A stretch of DNA of 64,000 nt. It comes from a virus. Lineage: Duplodnaviria > Caudoviricetes. The translations under genes were made by a program, and so were the position numbers. The notes under the pieces were generated by a model, which had not been told where the DNA came from, searched no databases, and saw only the letters and a list, made by a program, of their open reading frames with translations. How positions within the stretch are numbered: the first letter of the stretch is position 1; each line of letters opens with the position of its first letter. Positions 10,160 to 20,595 of the stretch are shown here, piece after piece. Location: positions 1,095 to 65,094 of IMG/VR virus record IMGVR_UViG_3300035180_001344; one strand, given 5' to 3'.

Positions 10160-10827
10160 GACTTAACTCCGTACGTAGTGTGATACGTATTTATACGCAA
10201 AAGGAGCGGCTCAATATATGGCTCAATTGGTTGTTGAAATACCAGCGGAACAGCTCCACGTTCAACGCTCATAAGAATGACCAAATGATCAATCTGAATG
10301 CCGTATCGTTCCTGGAACATCAGTGCATACGCAGTTGTCTGCAAGTAGTAATCTTGCACCATTGCTTCTGTCTTATTGTTTGTTGACGTCTTGAAATCAA
10401 TGATTGCCAACTTACCCTTGTATTCTCCCACGCAATCCACTCTACCTGCACACCGTAGCGTGTCGCTCCAAAGCGCGCTCTCTTGTGTTAGGATATTGTC
10501 CACCTTCCGCAACGGAAGGCGCAATTGATTGAACCCAGGAATGTGTTCGTGATTGTGGCCGGCTGTCGGTGTGGGATCGTTGTCAAGATGCTTCTCAACC
10601 ATTGAATGAACTGCGGTACCTCTATCGGCGGCACGCTTCATTTCTTTGTCAGCTTTTTCAAACCCCATGCTCATTCTCCATTCTTGGAGCCATAGTTTAT
10701 CACCGGCTCCAAGAATGGTTGTGATTGATGGGTATTTGTTACCCTCGGGTGTAATATAGAATCGACCTTTGGGTCCTTCGACGGTCTTTAATTCTATGGG
10801 GCTGATTGTGGTTAAATGTGTGAACAC
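10156..10827 (-). CDS. PD-(D/E)XK exonuclease (Cas4/RecB-like)
   Basis: YPSITTIL, RGTAVH, GRVD, IIDFKTS, Q..AY. Confidence 0.88.
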   Translation of the reverse strand: MFTHLTTISPIELKTVEGPKGRFYITPEGNKYPSITTILGAGDKLWLQEWRMSMGFEKADKEMKRAADRGTAVHSMVEKHLDNDPTPTAGHNHEHIPGFNQLRLPLRKVDNILTQESALWSDTLRCAGRVDCVGEYKGKLAIIDFKTSTNNKTEAMVQDYYLQTTAYALMFQERYGIQIDHLVILMSVERGAVPLVFQQPIEPYIEPLLLRINTYHTTYGVKS

Positions 10828-10830
10828 GCG

Positions 10831-11145
10831 TTATCTTGTTAGCGCAGGTGCTCCGCCAGGGGTTGCCGAACCTGTACCACCCGGTGTGGTTGTCTGGTTT
10901 GAAGGCTGGCCCTGTTGCTGACCGTTCGGTGCTTGCATTCCACCATTCTTTTTCTCTTCTGCTTGTGCCATTTTTTGCTTGATTGCAAGCAGCTTTTGCA
11001 GTTGAGCTTTGCGAAGAAGAAGCGGTTGCGTGCGTTGATTAACTTGTGTGTCAATCAATGAAATGTCAGACATTAGCTTGTTAACATCCTGCTGAGTATC
11101 TTCTGTCATAATAGACAGATACTGCTTAAAAGACAACGTTGACAT
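10831..11145 (-). CDS. hypothetical protein, possibly virion internal
   Basis: LSFKQYL N-terminus, coiled coil, low-complexity tail. Confidence 0.65.
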   Translation of the reverse strand: MSTLSFKQYLSIMTEDTQQDVNKLMSDISLIDTQVNQRTQPLLLRKAQLQKLLAIKQKMAQAEEKKNGGMQAPNGQQQGQPSNQTTTPGGTGSATPGGAPALTR

Positions 11146-11146
11146 A

Positions 11147-12331
11147 TTATTTCACCCTACCAATGATGAACTGCGCAATATCATGTGGGGCGACACGGCC
11201 TCGAACTGTACGGGCGCGCTGGGGCGGCTGGGCGCGCTGGGGCGGCTGGGCGCGAACAGGGGCAGGACGACGATATGATCGTTCTTCTTGTTCCATTCCC
11301 ATTTCATCTGGGTTCGGAACCAATGGTGCGTCAGCTGGTTCAGTATCCATCTCACGGCCGTCATTACCTTGATCACGACCCATGTCATGCTTCCACTTTG
11401 CTAATTGGGCAAGACGCTTTGCTTCTTTGTCTTCATCCTTCTTTGCCTTGTTGTAGCTATCCATGTCCAGATATTGTTCTTCTTGCTTAACACGTGACAT
11501 TGATTGAGCAACCAACGCGTCAGCTTCTTTGGTCTTTGCCTCTGCTTCACGCGCACGTGCTTCTGCTTTGCGAGCCTCGGCGTCAGCCTTCATCATATCA
11601 ATCACTTGTGTAAGCAAGTCAGTAACTTGACCAGTATCACCACCTGCTGGTGGCGCATCCATTCCACCCATTTCATCAGGTTGATCCAGTTCATCACCAG
11701 CAGCGTTTGGATCCATTCCATCAGCACCCTCCGGTCCACCGCCTTGAAGGTCATTAACCTCCTCTTCGTCCTCAACAACCTCAGGCCATTGAACGTCAAC
11801 AATATCGAACTGATCTTTCAGCTTGAACAACACTTCTGCAATTTCAGGGATTTCATCGTTCTCGTCTTCACGAGCTGACATCAACGATTGCAGTGCTTTT
11901 TCAAAATCTTCTGCTTGTTCCGAACGAACGGTGACGCGTACGAGATTGCTGTCATCGTCCTCTAATCCAAACGTGACAGTATCACGTTGGTCAATTTTTT
12001 CCTTTTGTTCAAGTCCTTTGAGCTTAGAAATCACTTCTGATGAGTCAAAGTTATCTTGTTGTTTTTGCTCACCAGCAGCTGGTTCGTCGCCTTCAAACTC
12101 TGAAAGAGTTTTGAACGCTTCTGCTAACCCAAGGCCTGGCTTCTTAGCAACAAACACAGGAGATTTTACAATTGCGGTCTTTTTCGTAGGCTTGCCACGT
12201 TGTACCAGACGTGAGAAAAGAGGCATAGCCATACCTGCCCCTGCTATGTCACCGCCACCAACTGCACCACCAGCATCTTCTGCTACGATAGTACGCTTTG
12301 CGTTGTCATTTAGTTGTTTGATTAGTTTCAT
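11147..12331 (-). CDS. acidic hypothetical protein, likely late/virion
   Basis: Start MKLIKQL downstream of TAAATA (12369-12374); acidic, coiled coil. Confidence 0.7.
   Translation of the reverse strand: MKLIKQLNDNAKRTIVAEDAGGAVGGGDIAGAGMAMPLFSRLVQRGKPTKKTAIVKSPVFVAKKPGLGLAEAFKTLSEFEGDEPAAGEQKQQDNFDSSEVISKLKGLEQKEKIDQRDTVTFGLEDDDSNLVRVTVRSEQAEDFEKALQSLMSAREDENDEIPEIAEVLFKLKDQFDIVDVQWPEVVEDEEEVNDLQGGGPEGADGMDPNAAGDELDQPDEMGGMDAPPAGGDTGQVTDLLTQVIDMMKADAEARKAEARAREAEAKTKEADALVAQSMSRVKQEEQYLDMDSYNKAKKDEDKEAKRLAQLAKWKHDMGRDQGNDGREMDTEPADAPLVPNPDEMGMEQEERSYRRPAPVRAQPPQRAQPPQRARTVRGRVAPHDIAQFIIGRVK
11212..11254 (+). repeat. 18-bp GC-rich tandem repeat (~2.4 copies)
   Basis: GGGCGCGCTGGGGCGGCT x2 plus GGGCGCG; encodes RAQPPQ repeats. 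Confidence 0.9.
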
Positions 12332-12418
12332 GAAGTCTGTTCCCTTGCGGTGACATAGTTTGTCACGGTATTTATGGAACAGCAAAGGAAAAGGGCCTGG
12401 TTAGGGCCCTTGATTCGG

Positions 12419-12712
12419 TTATCGCAATCCAGCGACCTTAAATGCTCGCCACTTAGGTTTCACTGTTCGATTGTGGGTATGATCGACCCATGTTTCAAAG
12501 TTGAACATGTTTTCCAGGAAAGCTGCCGTGTACTGCTTGTACTCTGTGTACAGATTTAGCAAGTCTTGACGCTCTGCTGGTTCAAGCTCTGAAACATCAA
12601 GAGCACGAATTAGGTCTTTGGGAACAGAGGTAGGGATGATTACCCGCGCCGACTGTTCACCACTGTCTTTTTCGTACACAATTGAAGTAATTTCAGATTC
12701 ATTCAGTTTCAT
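12419..12712 (-). CDS. hypothetical protein
   Basis: In-operon ORF followed by a hairpin at ~12391-12411. Confidence 0.7.
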   Translation of the reverse strand: MKLNESEITSIVYEKDSGEQSARVIIPTSVPKDLIRALDVSELEPAERQDLLNLYTEYKQYTAAFLENMFNFETWVDHTHNRTVKPKWRAFKVAGLR

Positions 12713-12716
12713 ATCG

Positions 12717-13001
12717 TTATTCCTCAGGGGTAACTGCGGGTGTTTCCGTAGATGCAGGAATTATACCGAGTGCTTCGGCTTTTTTCAACGCATCAGCACG
12801 GTCCTTCTGAATTGTTTCCAGGAGGGTTGCTTGAATGTCCTTCAAAGCACCGCGAATCATCAGCAGCTCGGACGTTGCATCAGCCTCCTTTTGACGCCAA
12901 TCATCGAAGTAAGCAATCATTTGCTGAACTTCTGGGCTCATTCTGTCCACTTGAAACGTGGATTCATCGACATTTACGGTAAGAGTAGGTTGAATTTTCA
13001 T
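12717..13001 (-). CDS. hypothetical protein
   Basis: In-operon ORF with AAGGA SD. Confidence 0.7.
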   Translation of the reverse strand: MKIQPTLTVNVDESTFQVDRMSPEVQQMIAYFDDWRQKEADATSELLMIRGALKDIQATLLETIQKDRADALKKAEALGIIPASTETPAVTPEE

Positions 13002-13035
13002 TTGGGGTTCCTTCTGAGGATGGTTATTGAGTTAT

Positions 13036-14391
13036 TTATTGTGGTGAACCGATGTCAAAACTATCAAGTAGCGACTTACGTTTGGGGGGACTACCTTCTT
13101 TGAACTTTGCCATTTTGTTGGTAATGACACCGTCATCGTCAATGTCTTCATCTTTTGGATAGCTTCGAATCCGTAGAGCTCCGTTGTCCCATTTCATGTA
13201 TACGATCTTACCAACACCATCACTACTGCGAGTCTTCAAAAATGCAAAGCCAATTTCACCAGCAGCTTTCATCGTTGGGGTCATGATGATAGAGATGTAC
13301 CAGTCTACTGTGTTGATTTTTGTCAATCCACCAGCAATGTGGCTATGGTTCAGCTCTTGTGCTTCAATGGCTGAACGATTTTGCTGGGAAGCAGTCGCAC
13401 CATACATGTCGTACTCAAACAAAATATCACGGAATTGCTCTGCCGCTCGTTTGTCCTTTTCGGAGATATTATCAGCAGATACATGCTCGTTAGGACCTCC
13501 GAGATCCAGATAATCAAGAATCAAACAATCCGGGATATACCCGTTTACGAGTTCAAACTCTTTCAAGTACGCACGAATAGTATTAGCGTTTGTCCCCGAG
13601 GGCATGTGCTTAATGGTCATTCGACCTACATGTGGTGCAATATCTTCGAGTGTTCCTGCTATTTCACGGTAATTGTCACGCCAACGTACAGTTGAAATTC
13701 CCGTGTACATCGTGTCAAATCGTTGACCAATCATCTCTTCTGATAGTTCCAGAGAAATGTACAATACGTCGAGTTTACGACTGTCAGTGGGTGATTTCGG
13801 CGTTGATAGCCAGTTAAGTGCTAAATTTGCAAGGCAAATTGACTTACCACCACCAGAATTCGCCGACAACATAAGGATTTCTTTGCGAGCCAGCCCGCCG
13901 CCCATCAATTCGTCAAACTCATGACCAAGTGTTGGAATACGTGGTGAAGTTTTTGTCATCTCTTCAAGACGACCAAGTGGATCGTTAAAGTACGACAACC
14001 CCATATCTCTGTTCAGAGATATAGAGACAGCGTCCTTGATCATTCGTTCTACCCCACCATAATCACCCTCTGCAATCATTTTAGGTGCAGTGAGTACAGC
14101 TTGTTGAACAGCTCGCCTACGGCAGAATACTTCAATTTCATCTGTGCAGTACTTGATGTCAGCACGTGAAATTGGTTGGTGTTTAAGTTGGACGCCCGTT
14201 TCAGCATCAATCTGTGCAGGTGACGGAACAGCACTATATTTGTCGTAGTACGTGTGTAAGAAATCCACCGACTTACGATATTCTGGATCAAAGTATTCTG
14301 ATTTGACAATCGATTTGCATCTTGCAAACGTGTCAGGTGAAGATATCATATACTCCACCAGCAAGCGTTGTTTATTGTTGTTATTTTGCAT
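13036..14391 (-). CDS. replicative DnaB-like helicase (gp41-like)
   Basis: Walker A ANSGGGKS, ISLELSE, ILDYLD, TASQQNR. Confidence 0.93.
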   Translation of the reverse strand: MQNNNNKQRLLVEYMISSPDTFARCKSIVKSEYFDPEYRKSVDFLHTYYDKYSAVPSPAQIDAETGVQLKHQPISRADIKYCTDEIEVFCRRRAVQQAVLTAPKMIAEGDYGGVERMIKDAVSISLNRDMGLSYFNDPLGRLEEMTKTSPRIPTLGHEFDELMGGGLARKEILMLSANSGGGKSICLANLALNWLSTPKSPTDSRKLDVLYISLELSEEMIGQRFDTMYTGISTVRWRDNYREIAGTLEDIAPHVGRMTIKHMPSGTNANTIRAYLKEFELVNGYIPDCLILDYLDLGGPNEHVSADNISEKDKRAAEQFRDILFEYDMYGATASQQNRSAIEAQELNHSHIAGGLTKINTVDWYISIIMTPTMKAAGEIGFAFLKTRSSDGVGKIVYMKWDNGALRIRSYPKDEDIDDDGVITNKMAKFKEGSPPKRKSLLDSFDIGSPQ

Positions 14392-14432
14392 GTTTTCTCC
14401 CATAGGAGATCAATATACCGTAGAAGCCAATG

Positions 14433-15434
14433 TTACACAACTAAAATAAGCGGGTATGTCTGCTTAATCAGCGTAGGAACTGTGTACCCCTTGCCAGATG
14501 TGTAAAATGTTTCAGGGGTGGCGGTGTTGATTTGGGATACGTCAATGTACCGGTCCAGCACTCTATCAACGGTTGCATACGGATCACGACCCAACAACAT
14601 CAAACATTCACCTGTAACAGGAACATGGCCATTGAAGTTGCTTACATAGAAAGTCGAACCCGTCGGAATAGACCCTGCTGCAAAATACGCTGGGGCAAGC
14701 GGGGTGGTTGTGATGTTGAAACTTCGCACAGTGTACTTTTTACCGTTGAGCACAACGTTAGACGTTCCAGCCCACGGCGAACCAATGGCAGGAACATTGT
14801 CAATACCTGCATAATCGATCACAACATCCAACTGCGTACCAGATGTCTTATATGTCAACGCCAAGCTGATAAGAGGTGATGCAGAAAGCGTGGCAAGCGT
14901 AATCTCGCCAACATTGCTTGACACTTGAAACACTGTTGTTGTGTCAACGATAAGCTGTGTTGACTCGGGGTTAGTTGAATTTTGGGATGCAAGTGCGATG
15001 CACTGTGCTAACCCAGATTCTGCTGTTGCAAACGTGACCTGTACTGTGTTCAAGTCAATTGTTGTTTCCGTTAGTGGTGTGCTGTCTACCAACACATTTA
15101 CACCATCAACAATTCGGTATACGAAAATGTGAAGTTTTGGACGATTTGCTAAGTTGTGTTTGACTGTCCAGGTTGTTGACTGCACGGGTTGATCGTGTGT
15201 GTACAACACCTTGCGTTGAAACCAATCTTCAACGTTCTGCACCTCGGGTGGAAATGCAGGGGTTTGATTTATTTCCTTTGCCTGCGTAACGCGCCGCAGT
15301 TTCCCTTGACAGTTGTAGGTAATGTTGCAGCGCAATAAAACATCAAGGCCCTGCTTGTTTGTTGGCACACGAATGTTGCGTGCGCACACGCTACACTTAT
15401 ATACTGACTCACCTTTGACTACAACTTTTGGCAT
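14433..15434 (-). CDS. putative virion structural protein
   Basis: Thr/Val-rich beta composition, WTVKHNL repeat-type motif, N-terminal CxxC. Confidence 0.55.
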   Translation of the reverse strand: MPKVVVKGESVYKCSVCARNIRVPTNKQGLDVLLRCNITYNCQGKLRRVTQAKEINQTPAFPPEVQNVEDWFQRKVLYTHDQPVQSTTWTVKHNLANRPKLHIFVYRIVDGVNVLVDSTPLTETTIDLNTVQVTFATAESGLAQCIALASQNSTNPESTQLIVDTTTVFQVSSNVGEITLATLSASPLISLALTYKTSGTQLDVVIDYAGIDNVPAIGSPWAGTSNVVLNGKKYTVRSFNITTTPLAPAYFAAGSIPTGSTFYVSNFNGHVPVTGECLMLLGRDPYATVDRVLDRYIDVSQINTATPETFYTSGKGYTVPTLIKQTYPLILVV

Positions 15435-15435
15435 A

Positions 15436-15750
15436 TTACTTCATTCGTTCCATTTGATCCAACGCGGAGGAAAGGATGATGCTTGATGTGCGCTCTGTAT
15501 ACGCTTTAACAAGCATTTCTGGAACCTTAACAGACCGGCTAACAAGCGCATTGGTGTAGAACTTGTGTTCACCTTCGGGATCTGACAGGCTATGAGGGAA
15601 AAGATCGAGAGCCCATTGACCCTTTGACTTTTCAATTGGACGTACAACCAATGGATGTTCCAGAACGATGATCGTACCATCGTACAATTCTCCAACAATC
15701 TTCCCGATAACTTCGTGACCACCAATAGTTGTAAACAGTGCGAGTTCCAT
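15436..15750 (-). CDS. hypothetical small beta-barrel protein
   Basis: GHEVIGKI...LEHPLVV pattern; SD and TAAATA upstream. Confidence 0.65.
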   Translation of the reverse strand: MELALFTTIGGHEVIGKIVGELYDGTIIVLEHPLVVRPIEKSKGQWALDLFPHSLSDPEGEHKFYTNALVSRSVKVPEMLVKAYTERTSSIILSSALDQMERMK

Positions 15751-15774
15751 AGTATTCCTTTTGTTGTATTTATG

Positions 15775-16353
15775 TTATTTTGCCATTGCTAACAGAGAGT
15801 TGTAGTCTTGGCATGCAGAAGTTCGTACTGCATAGTAGAATGGTATACCATACAGGATGATTTCTGAATCAGAAACTATACCCTCATGCAATAATGTTGA
15901 GGAATAGGTGTATTTTAGTAGATCAGTAACAATATCCGACGCTGTTGATGGGTCTTCAAACTGTTCAAACAGCGTGTCAATCACTCGTTTGTAATCGTTG
16001 CTTGAATTTGTTACCTCTTTGCTGTACAGAAATTTGTATCCATTTACAGGGAATACGTAAAACAAATCTGTCCCCTCTGTAACGGGAGGTAGATTTGGGT
16101 AAGCAAATACTGCGCGCTGTCGAAGGTTTGAAAATTGTTCTCCAAACGCACGTTCAAACACATCTGATACCTCATCCTTGCGCTTTTGCAATCGAATTTT
16201 GACTTTGTGGAAATTGTAGTACGTAGTAGGAAGTGTTTTAACCAACGGCAATCTCGCAGATTCCGTTAAGAACTGCGAGCAATGTGTTTTTATGGCTTGA
16301 ACTTCTTGGACGCCAACGCCCACGCTTCGTCCAATTAGGTCCTCAATTAGCAT
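15775..16353 (-). CDS. hypothetical late protein
   Basis: TAAATA at 16377-16382; MLIEDL N-terminus. Confidence 0.7.
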   Translation of the reverse strand: MLIEDLIGRSVGVGVQEVQAIKTHCSQFLTESARLPLVKTLPTTYYNFHKVKIRLQKRKDEVSDVFERAFGEQFSNLRQRAVFAYPNLPPVTEGTDLFYVFPVNGYKFLYSKEVTNSSNDYKRVIDTLFEQFEDPSTASDIVTDLLKYTYSSTLLHEGIVSDSEIILYGIPFYYAVRTSACQDYNSLLAMAK

Positions 16354-16402
16354 AAGTTTCCCAACAATGTGTTGGGTATTTATACCATTGAGGACCTTGT
16401 GC

Positions 16403-16693
16403 TTACGCTGACTGCCGGTTTGCTGCTTGTTGATTCAGATCTTGAACGACCTGATCAATGAACTCGTTGCAGGCGGTGATGTTCTTTTGCAACACACACC
16501 GAGGACCTTGCGTAACCTCATTCAGCAGATATGCAAACTCTGTTTGCAGGCGGTAGGCAAGATTTGGGCCTTGCCCCTTGCCGCGAAAAGCACGTTCAAG
16601 CTGACCAGTTGCCTGGTTAAACGTACCGGATAGGTATCGAACGATTTGTCCAACGTCCTTTTCCTTGGGGACTTCTTTTTCGGGAACTGCCAT
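16403..16693 (-). CDS. hypothetical protein
   Basis: AAAGGA SD; sigma70-like promoter at ~16765-16790. Confidence 0.7.
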   Translation of the reverse strand: MAVPEKEVPKEKDVGQIVRYLSGTFNQATGQLERAFRGKGQGPNLAYRLQTEFAYLLNEVTQGPRCVLQKNITACNEFIDQVVQDLNQQAANRQSA

Positions 16694-16904
16694 GGTAGTT
16701 ATCCTTTGTATGACAGGGTTTTGAAAAGATGACAGGCGTCATCTGCGTACGAACTTGATCAAGTATATACTACACAAAAAGTAAGTCAACGTGCATCACC
16801 TGTTGAGGTTAACGGCGAGTGCTTGGATAATCAAATCACCACAGAATATCGTCGTTTTATGGTGATGGGTTGGTTTGAAAACAACAATACTAAATAAGCT
16901 GCCT

Positions 16905-17315
16905 ATGAAAGAACGTCACTCAAAAGCTCACATGCGAGCTGCTCAAATTTATGCTGATTTATCCTACTGCAACAAGCGTAAAGTTGGGTGTGTAGTGGTT
17001 AAAAATGACCGGATTATTTCCATTGGTTATAATGGCACTCCGTCAGGAGCTGACAATCAGTGTGAGGATGCCAGTGGCCACACGTTTGATACCGTAATTC
17101 ATGCGGAAGATAATGCTATACGAAAATTAGAACAATCGCCAGAAACTGGCGATGGTGCAGTCCTTTTTGTCACAACAGCGCCTTGCATTGAGTGTGCTTT
17201 CTTAATTTTCAATTTTGGAATACGTGAAGTGTATTACAACGATGCGTTCAAAAACGAAAAAGGGATTCAATACTTGCAAGATAAGGGTGTCGTTGTGACA
17301 CAGCTCCCTCAATAA
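16905..17315 (+). CDS. dCMP deaminase
   Basis: GYNG, HAE, PCxxC. Confidence 0.93.
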   Translation: MKERHSKAHMRAAQIYADLSYCNKRKVGCVVVKNDRIISIGYNGTPSGADNQCEDASGHTFDTVIHAEDNAIRKLEQSPETGDGAVLFVTTAPCIECAFLIFNFGIREVYYNDAFKNEKGIQYLQDKGVVVTQLPQ

Positions 17316-17345
17316 TAACAACAACAACAACAGGAATCAATATCT

Positions 17346-19994
17346 ATGTCTCTCACCACGTCCACGTCCACAGAGGATATCAAAGCTCGCTACACTACCC
17401 CGTTTGAAGACGGCTTCTCCGAAGAAGTGTGGGCTTCCACATACAAAGATCATACTGATAACAACGTAAATGACACAATGTTTCGCGTAGCAGCGGCCGC
17501 TGCTTCAATGGAAACAACACCTGAACTACAACAAGAATGGACTGAAAAGTTCTATGATCTGTTGAGTGAGTTCAAGGCAACATCTGGTGGCCGTATCTAC
17601 GCAAATGCTGGCACCAGCTGGGGTGGTACAACTCTAATGAATTGCTACGTTGGACCCCGTGGGAAGTACGACATTGACTCACTGGATGGTATTTTGGAAA
17701 CGCTTCGCCAGCAAGCACAAACGTTGAAATCAGAAGGTGGCTGGGGTGAGAACTTCTCATACATTCGTCCACGTGGGTCGTTCATTCACGGGATTGGTGT
17801 AGAGACGCCCGGTGCAGTTAAGTACATGGAGATGTTTGACAAATCATCGGAAATCATTACAGCTGGATCCGGAAAGAAGTCGCTAAACAAGAAGGCCAAG
17901 GGCAAGATTCGCAAGGGCGCAATGATGGGAGTAATGGATGTGTGGCATCCAGACATCATTGAGTTCATTACAGCAAAGCAGCAACCCGGTCGATTGACGA
18001 AGTTCAACATCTCTGTCAACTGCACGGATGACTTTATGAGCAAGGTGATTAGCGTTAAGAAACAAAAGGCTTTGCTTGACGATTGTGTTGTTCCAGGTGG
18101 GACTATTACACCAGAACGGCTTGAAGAATTGACGCGCCAAGTTGATGAACTGGATAAGTGGGAACTACGTTTCCCTGACACACAATTTGCTGGATACAAG
18201 TCTCTGTGGGACGGTGATATGAAGAAGTGGGAGGCGAACGGCCATCCTGTCAAGGTGTTCAACACTGTGTCTGCATCATGGTTGTGGAATTTGATCATGG
18301 AATCAACGTACAACCGTGCAGAGCCGGGTGTGTTGTTCTTGGACCGCGCCAACAAGTTTGGTCCACTGAATTACGCTGAAACAATTTTCGCTACGAATCC
18401 TTGTGGAGAACAAACATTGTCCCCAGGTAACGTTTGCAACTTAGGTTCGTTGAACCTCGTTCACTTCATCAACAAAGACCGTACAGGATTTGATCTACGT
18501 AAGGTTAAGAAATACACTCAATATCTTGTTCGTTTCCTCGATAACGTCAGCGACCTGTCATCAGCACCTCTGCCTGAATATGAATGGTCAATGAAGAACA
18601 AGCGCCGGATCGGGGTTGGCATTCTTGGTTGGGGATCTGCGCTGTATATGTTGAAGACGAAGTTTGGGTCTAACGATGCAGCTGGATTGCGTGAAAAGCT
18701 AATGCAAACGATCGCTCAAACAGCGTACGCATATTCAGTTGACCTGGCAGAAGAAAAGGGTATGTTCTCTGTCTGCGAACCAGAAAAGCACGCTGATGGA
18801 TTGTTCGTTCAAAACCTCGGCCTCTCATCACAAGTAATCGACAAGATGCGGAAGGTTGGTATTCGCAACAGCTCGCTGCTATCGATCCAGCCTACTGGCA
18901 ACACATCCATCTTTGCCAACGTCGTATCGGGCGGCCTTGAACCTGTGTTTATGCATGAATACGTTCGTACAGTAATTGTCAACGTAATGCCTGATCACAT
19001 CGCCAGTGTGACTCCAAAGTGGTACGAGGGAGAGTGGTACGAGACAGAAATGTTTAAGTTCTCAAAGGAAGGTGATGAGGAGATTCTTCGCGGTACTGAT
19101 GCCAATGGAACAGTATACAAGATTGACACCAACCGTGGTCTGACAAAAGAAGTATTGTGTGAGGACTTCGGTGTTCGGTTCATGAAGCGAATTGGTGAAT
19201 GGGATGCCTCGGCTGACTGGGCGGCAACGACTACTAGTATGTCTGTGCAAGATCACGTCAGTGACTTGACAGGCTTTGCGCGTTGGGTTGATAGCGCGAT
19301 GAGCAAGACGGTCAACGTACCAAACGACTATCCGTTCGCAGATTTTAGCGACATCTACCTCGATTCCTATAACTCGGGGTTTGTCAAGGGTGTGACGACT
19401 TACCGTTCAGGTACCATGACAACAGTGCTTGCAGCCAAGGACGAAAAGAATGCAACGGCGATGGATGAGGAAATCATTCTTGACGACGTTAAGCTCCCTG
19501 ATAGTTCGGCAGCAACATTGAAAACCCTGCGGGCCGAGGGCAAGAAGTGGTACTTGACAACAACGTGGAACGAACAACAAACACGTCCGTTTGCGTTATT
19601 TGTTCACACAAATAGCCATGAAAAAGGTGTGACAACCAGCGACGCCGTAGAAAAACTGATGGAGTTGGCAGTTAACAAGGGTATTCCTCAACGTCACATT
19701 GATGCAACGATGGAGAAAATCAGTGGTGACACTAATGCATCAAAAATTGCTCGAATGATTAGTTTGAGCTTGCGTCACGGTGTGTTGATCAAGAACATTG
19801 TTCTTGCGCTTGACCGTGTGCAGGATGTATTTGCTGGAACGTTCTTGTTCCAGATTCGCAAGTATCTGTCGACGTTCATTAAGGACGGAGATCCAGTTGA
19901 AGGATCAACGTGTGAGTCATGTGGATCTTCTCGCGTGATATACAGCGAAGGATGTCAGAAATGTGTAGATTGTGGTTCAAGTAAATGCGGATAA
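17346..19994 (+). CDS. nrdJ: ribonucleotide reductase, class II (B12-dependent)
   Basis: NCY, TNPCGEQ, CNLGS, QPTG, KGVTTYR; C-terminal domain with CxxC Zn ribbon; no beta subunit adjacent. Confidence 0.88.
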   Translation: MSLTTSTSTEDIKARYTTPFEDGFSEEVWASTYKDHTDNNVNDTMFRVAAAAASMETTPELQQEWTEKFYDLLSEFKATSGGRIYANAGTSWGGTTLMNCYVGPRGKYDIDSLDGILETLRQQAQTLKSEGGWGENFSYIRPRGSFIHGIGVETPGAVKYMEMFDKSSEIITAGSGKKSLNKKAKGKIRKGAMMGVMDVWHPDIIEFITAKQQPGRLTKFNISVNCTDDFMSKVISVKKQKALLDDCVVPGGTITPERLEELTRQVDELDKWELRFPDTQFAGYKSLWDGDMKKWEANGHPVKVFNTVSASWLWNLIMESTYNRAEPGVLFLDRANKFGPLNYAETIFATNPCGEQTLSPGNVCNLGSLNLVHFINKDRTGFDLRKVKKYTQYLVRFLDNVSDLSSAPLPEYEWSMKNKRRIGVGILGWGSALYMLKTKFGSNDAAGLREKLMQTIAQTAYAYSVDLAEEKGMFSVCEPEKHADGLFVQNLGLSSQVIDKMRKVGIRNSSLLSIQPTGNTSIFANVVSGGLEPVFMHEYVRTVIVNVMPDHIASVTPKWYEGEWYETEMFKFSKEGDEEILRGTDANGTVYKIDTNRGLTKEVLCEDFGVRFMKRIGEWDASADWAATTTSMSVQDHVSDLTGFARWVDSAMSKTVNVPNDYPFADFSDIYLDSYNSGFVKGVTTYRSGTMTTVLAAKDEKNATAMDEEIILDDVKLPDSSAATLKTLRAEGKKWYLTTTWNEQQTRPFALFVHTNSHEKGVTTSDAVEKLMELAVNKGIPQRHIDATMEKISGDTNASKIARMISLSLRHGVLIKNIVLALDRVQDVFAGTFLFQIRKYLSTFIKDGDPVEGSTCESCGSSRVIYSEGCQKCVDCGSSKCG

Positions 19995-20003
19995 CCCCTG
20001 CGT

Positions 20004-20046
20004 AAACAAGGCCCTGCTTGACAGGGCCTTGTTTTTGGGGTATACT
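20004..20046 (+). promoter_or_regulatory. terminator hairpin superimposed on sigma70 promoter
   Basis: 13-bp inverted repeat 20004-20034 plus T tract; TTGACA (20018)-N17-TATACT (20041). Confidence 0.8.
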
Positions 20047-20073
20047 TTACTGATTGAATATGGAGCTTTTAGC

Positions 20074-20595
20074 ATGACAAAAATCACAATTACAGAAATC
20101 AACGTCGACCTCGACGGGGTAATGGTTAACTTCCTGGCACGAGCCATTGAGGTCAGTGGTATCAATCCCGAAGCGTCTCTTGGTGATCCTGCCCATAAAT
20201 TACTCAAACGTACTTTTTGGAAGGAAATCGAGAAGCACGTCAAGGCTGGCAACAAATTCTTTGAGACAATGGATCCGATGCACGACGCATTTGTTCTGTG
20301 GGATCATTTGAAAACTATTGACGCGCCGAAGGTGATCTGCACGGCGACTGGCCATATTATCGGTGCGAAAGAGGAAAAGCGGGCGTGGATCCGTCATCAC
20401 CTTGGACACGATCACGCAAACAGTGCTCGGATCGTTCGTGACGGAAAAGATAAGGCGAAGTACGCTACACCTACGACGATTTTGATCGACGACCGGATGA
20501 AAGTAATCACCCCTTGGGTGGACGCAGGTGGCATTGGTGTATACCACACAAGTGCCGCATCAACGATTGAAAAGTTGAAGGAGCTTGGACTATGA
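20074..20595 (+). CDS. HAD-family 5'(3')-deoxyribonucleotidase
   Basis: DLDGV, ILIDD; GGAG SD. Confidence 0.88.
   Translation: MTKITITEINVDLDGVMVNFLARAIEVSGINPEASLGDPAHKLLKRTFWKEIEKHVKAGNKFFETMDPMHDAFVLWDHLKTIDAPKVICTATGHIIGAKEEKRAWIRHHLGHDHANSARIVRDGKDKAKYATPTTILIDDRMKVITPWVDAGGIGVYHTSAASTIEKLKELGL

Noticed and set aside
10156-10827. Cas4-like nuclease as part of a CRISPR system
   Set aside because: No repeat-spacer array or other cas genes seen; solo phage exonuclease
17310-17332. (AAT/AAC)n tract before nrdJ
   Set aside because: Short unstructured A-rich translational leader, not an array
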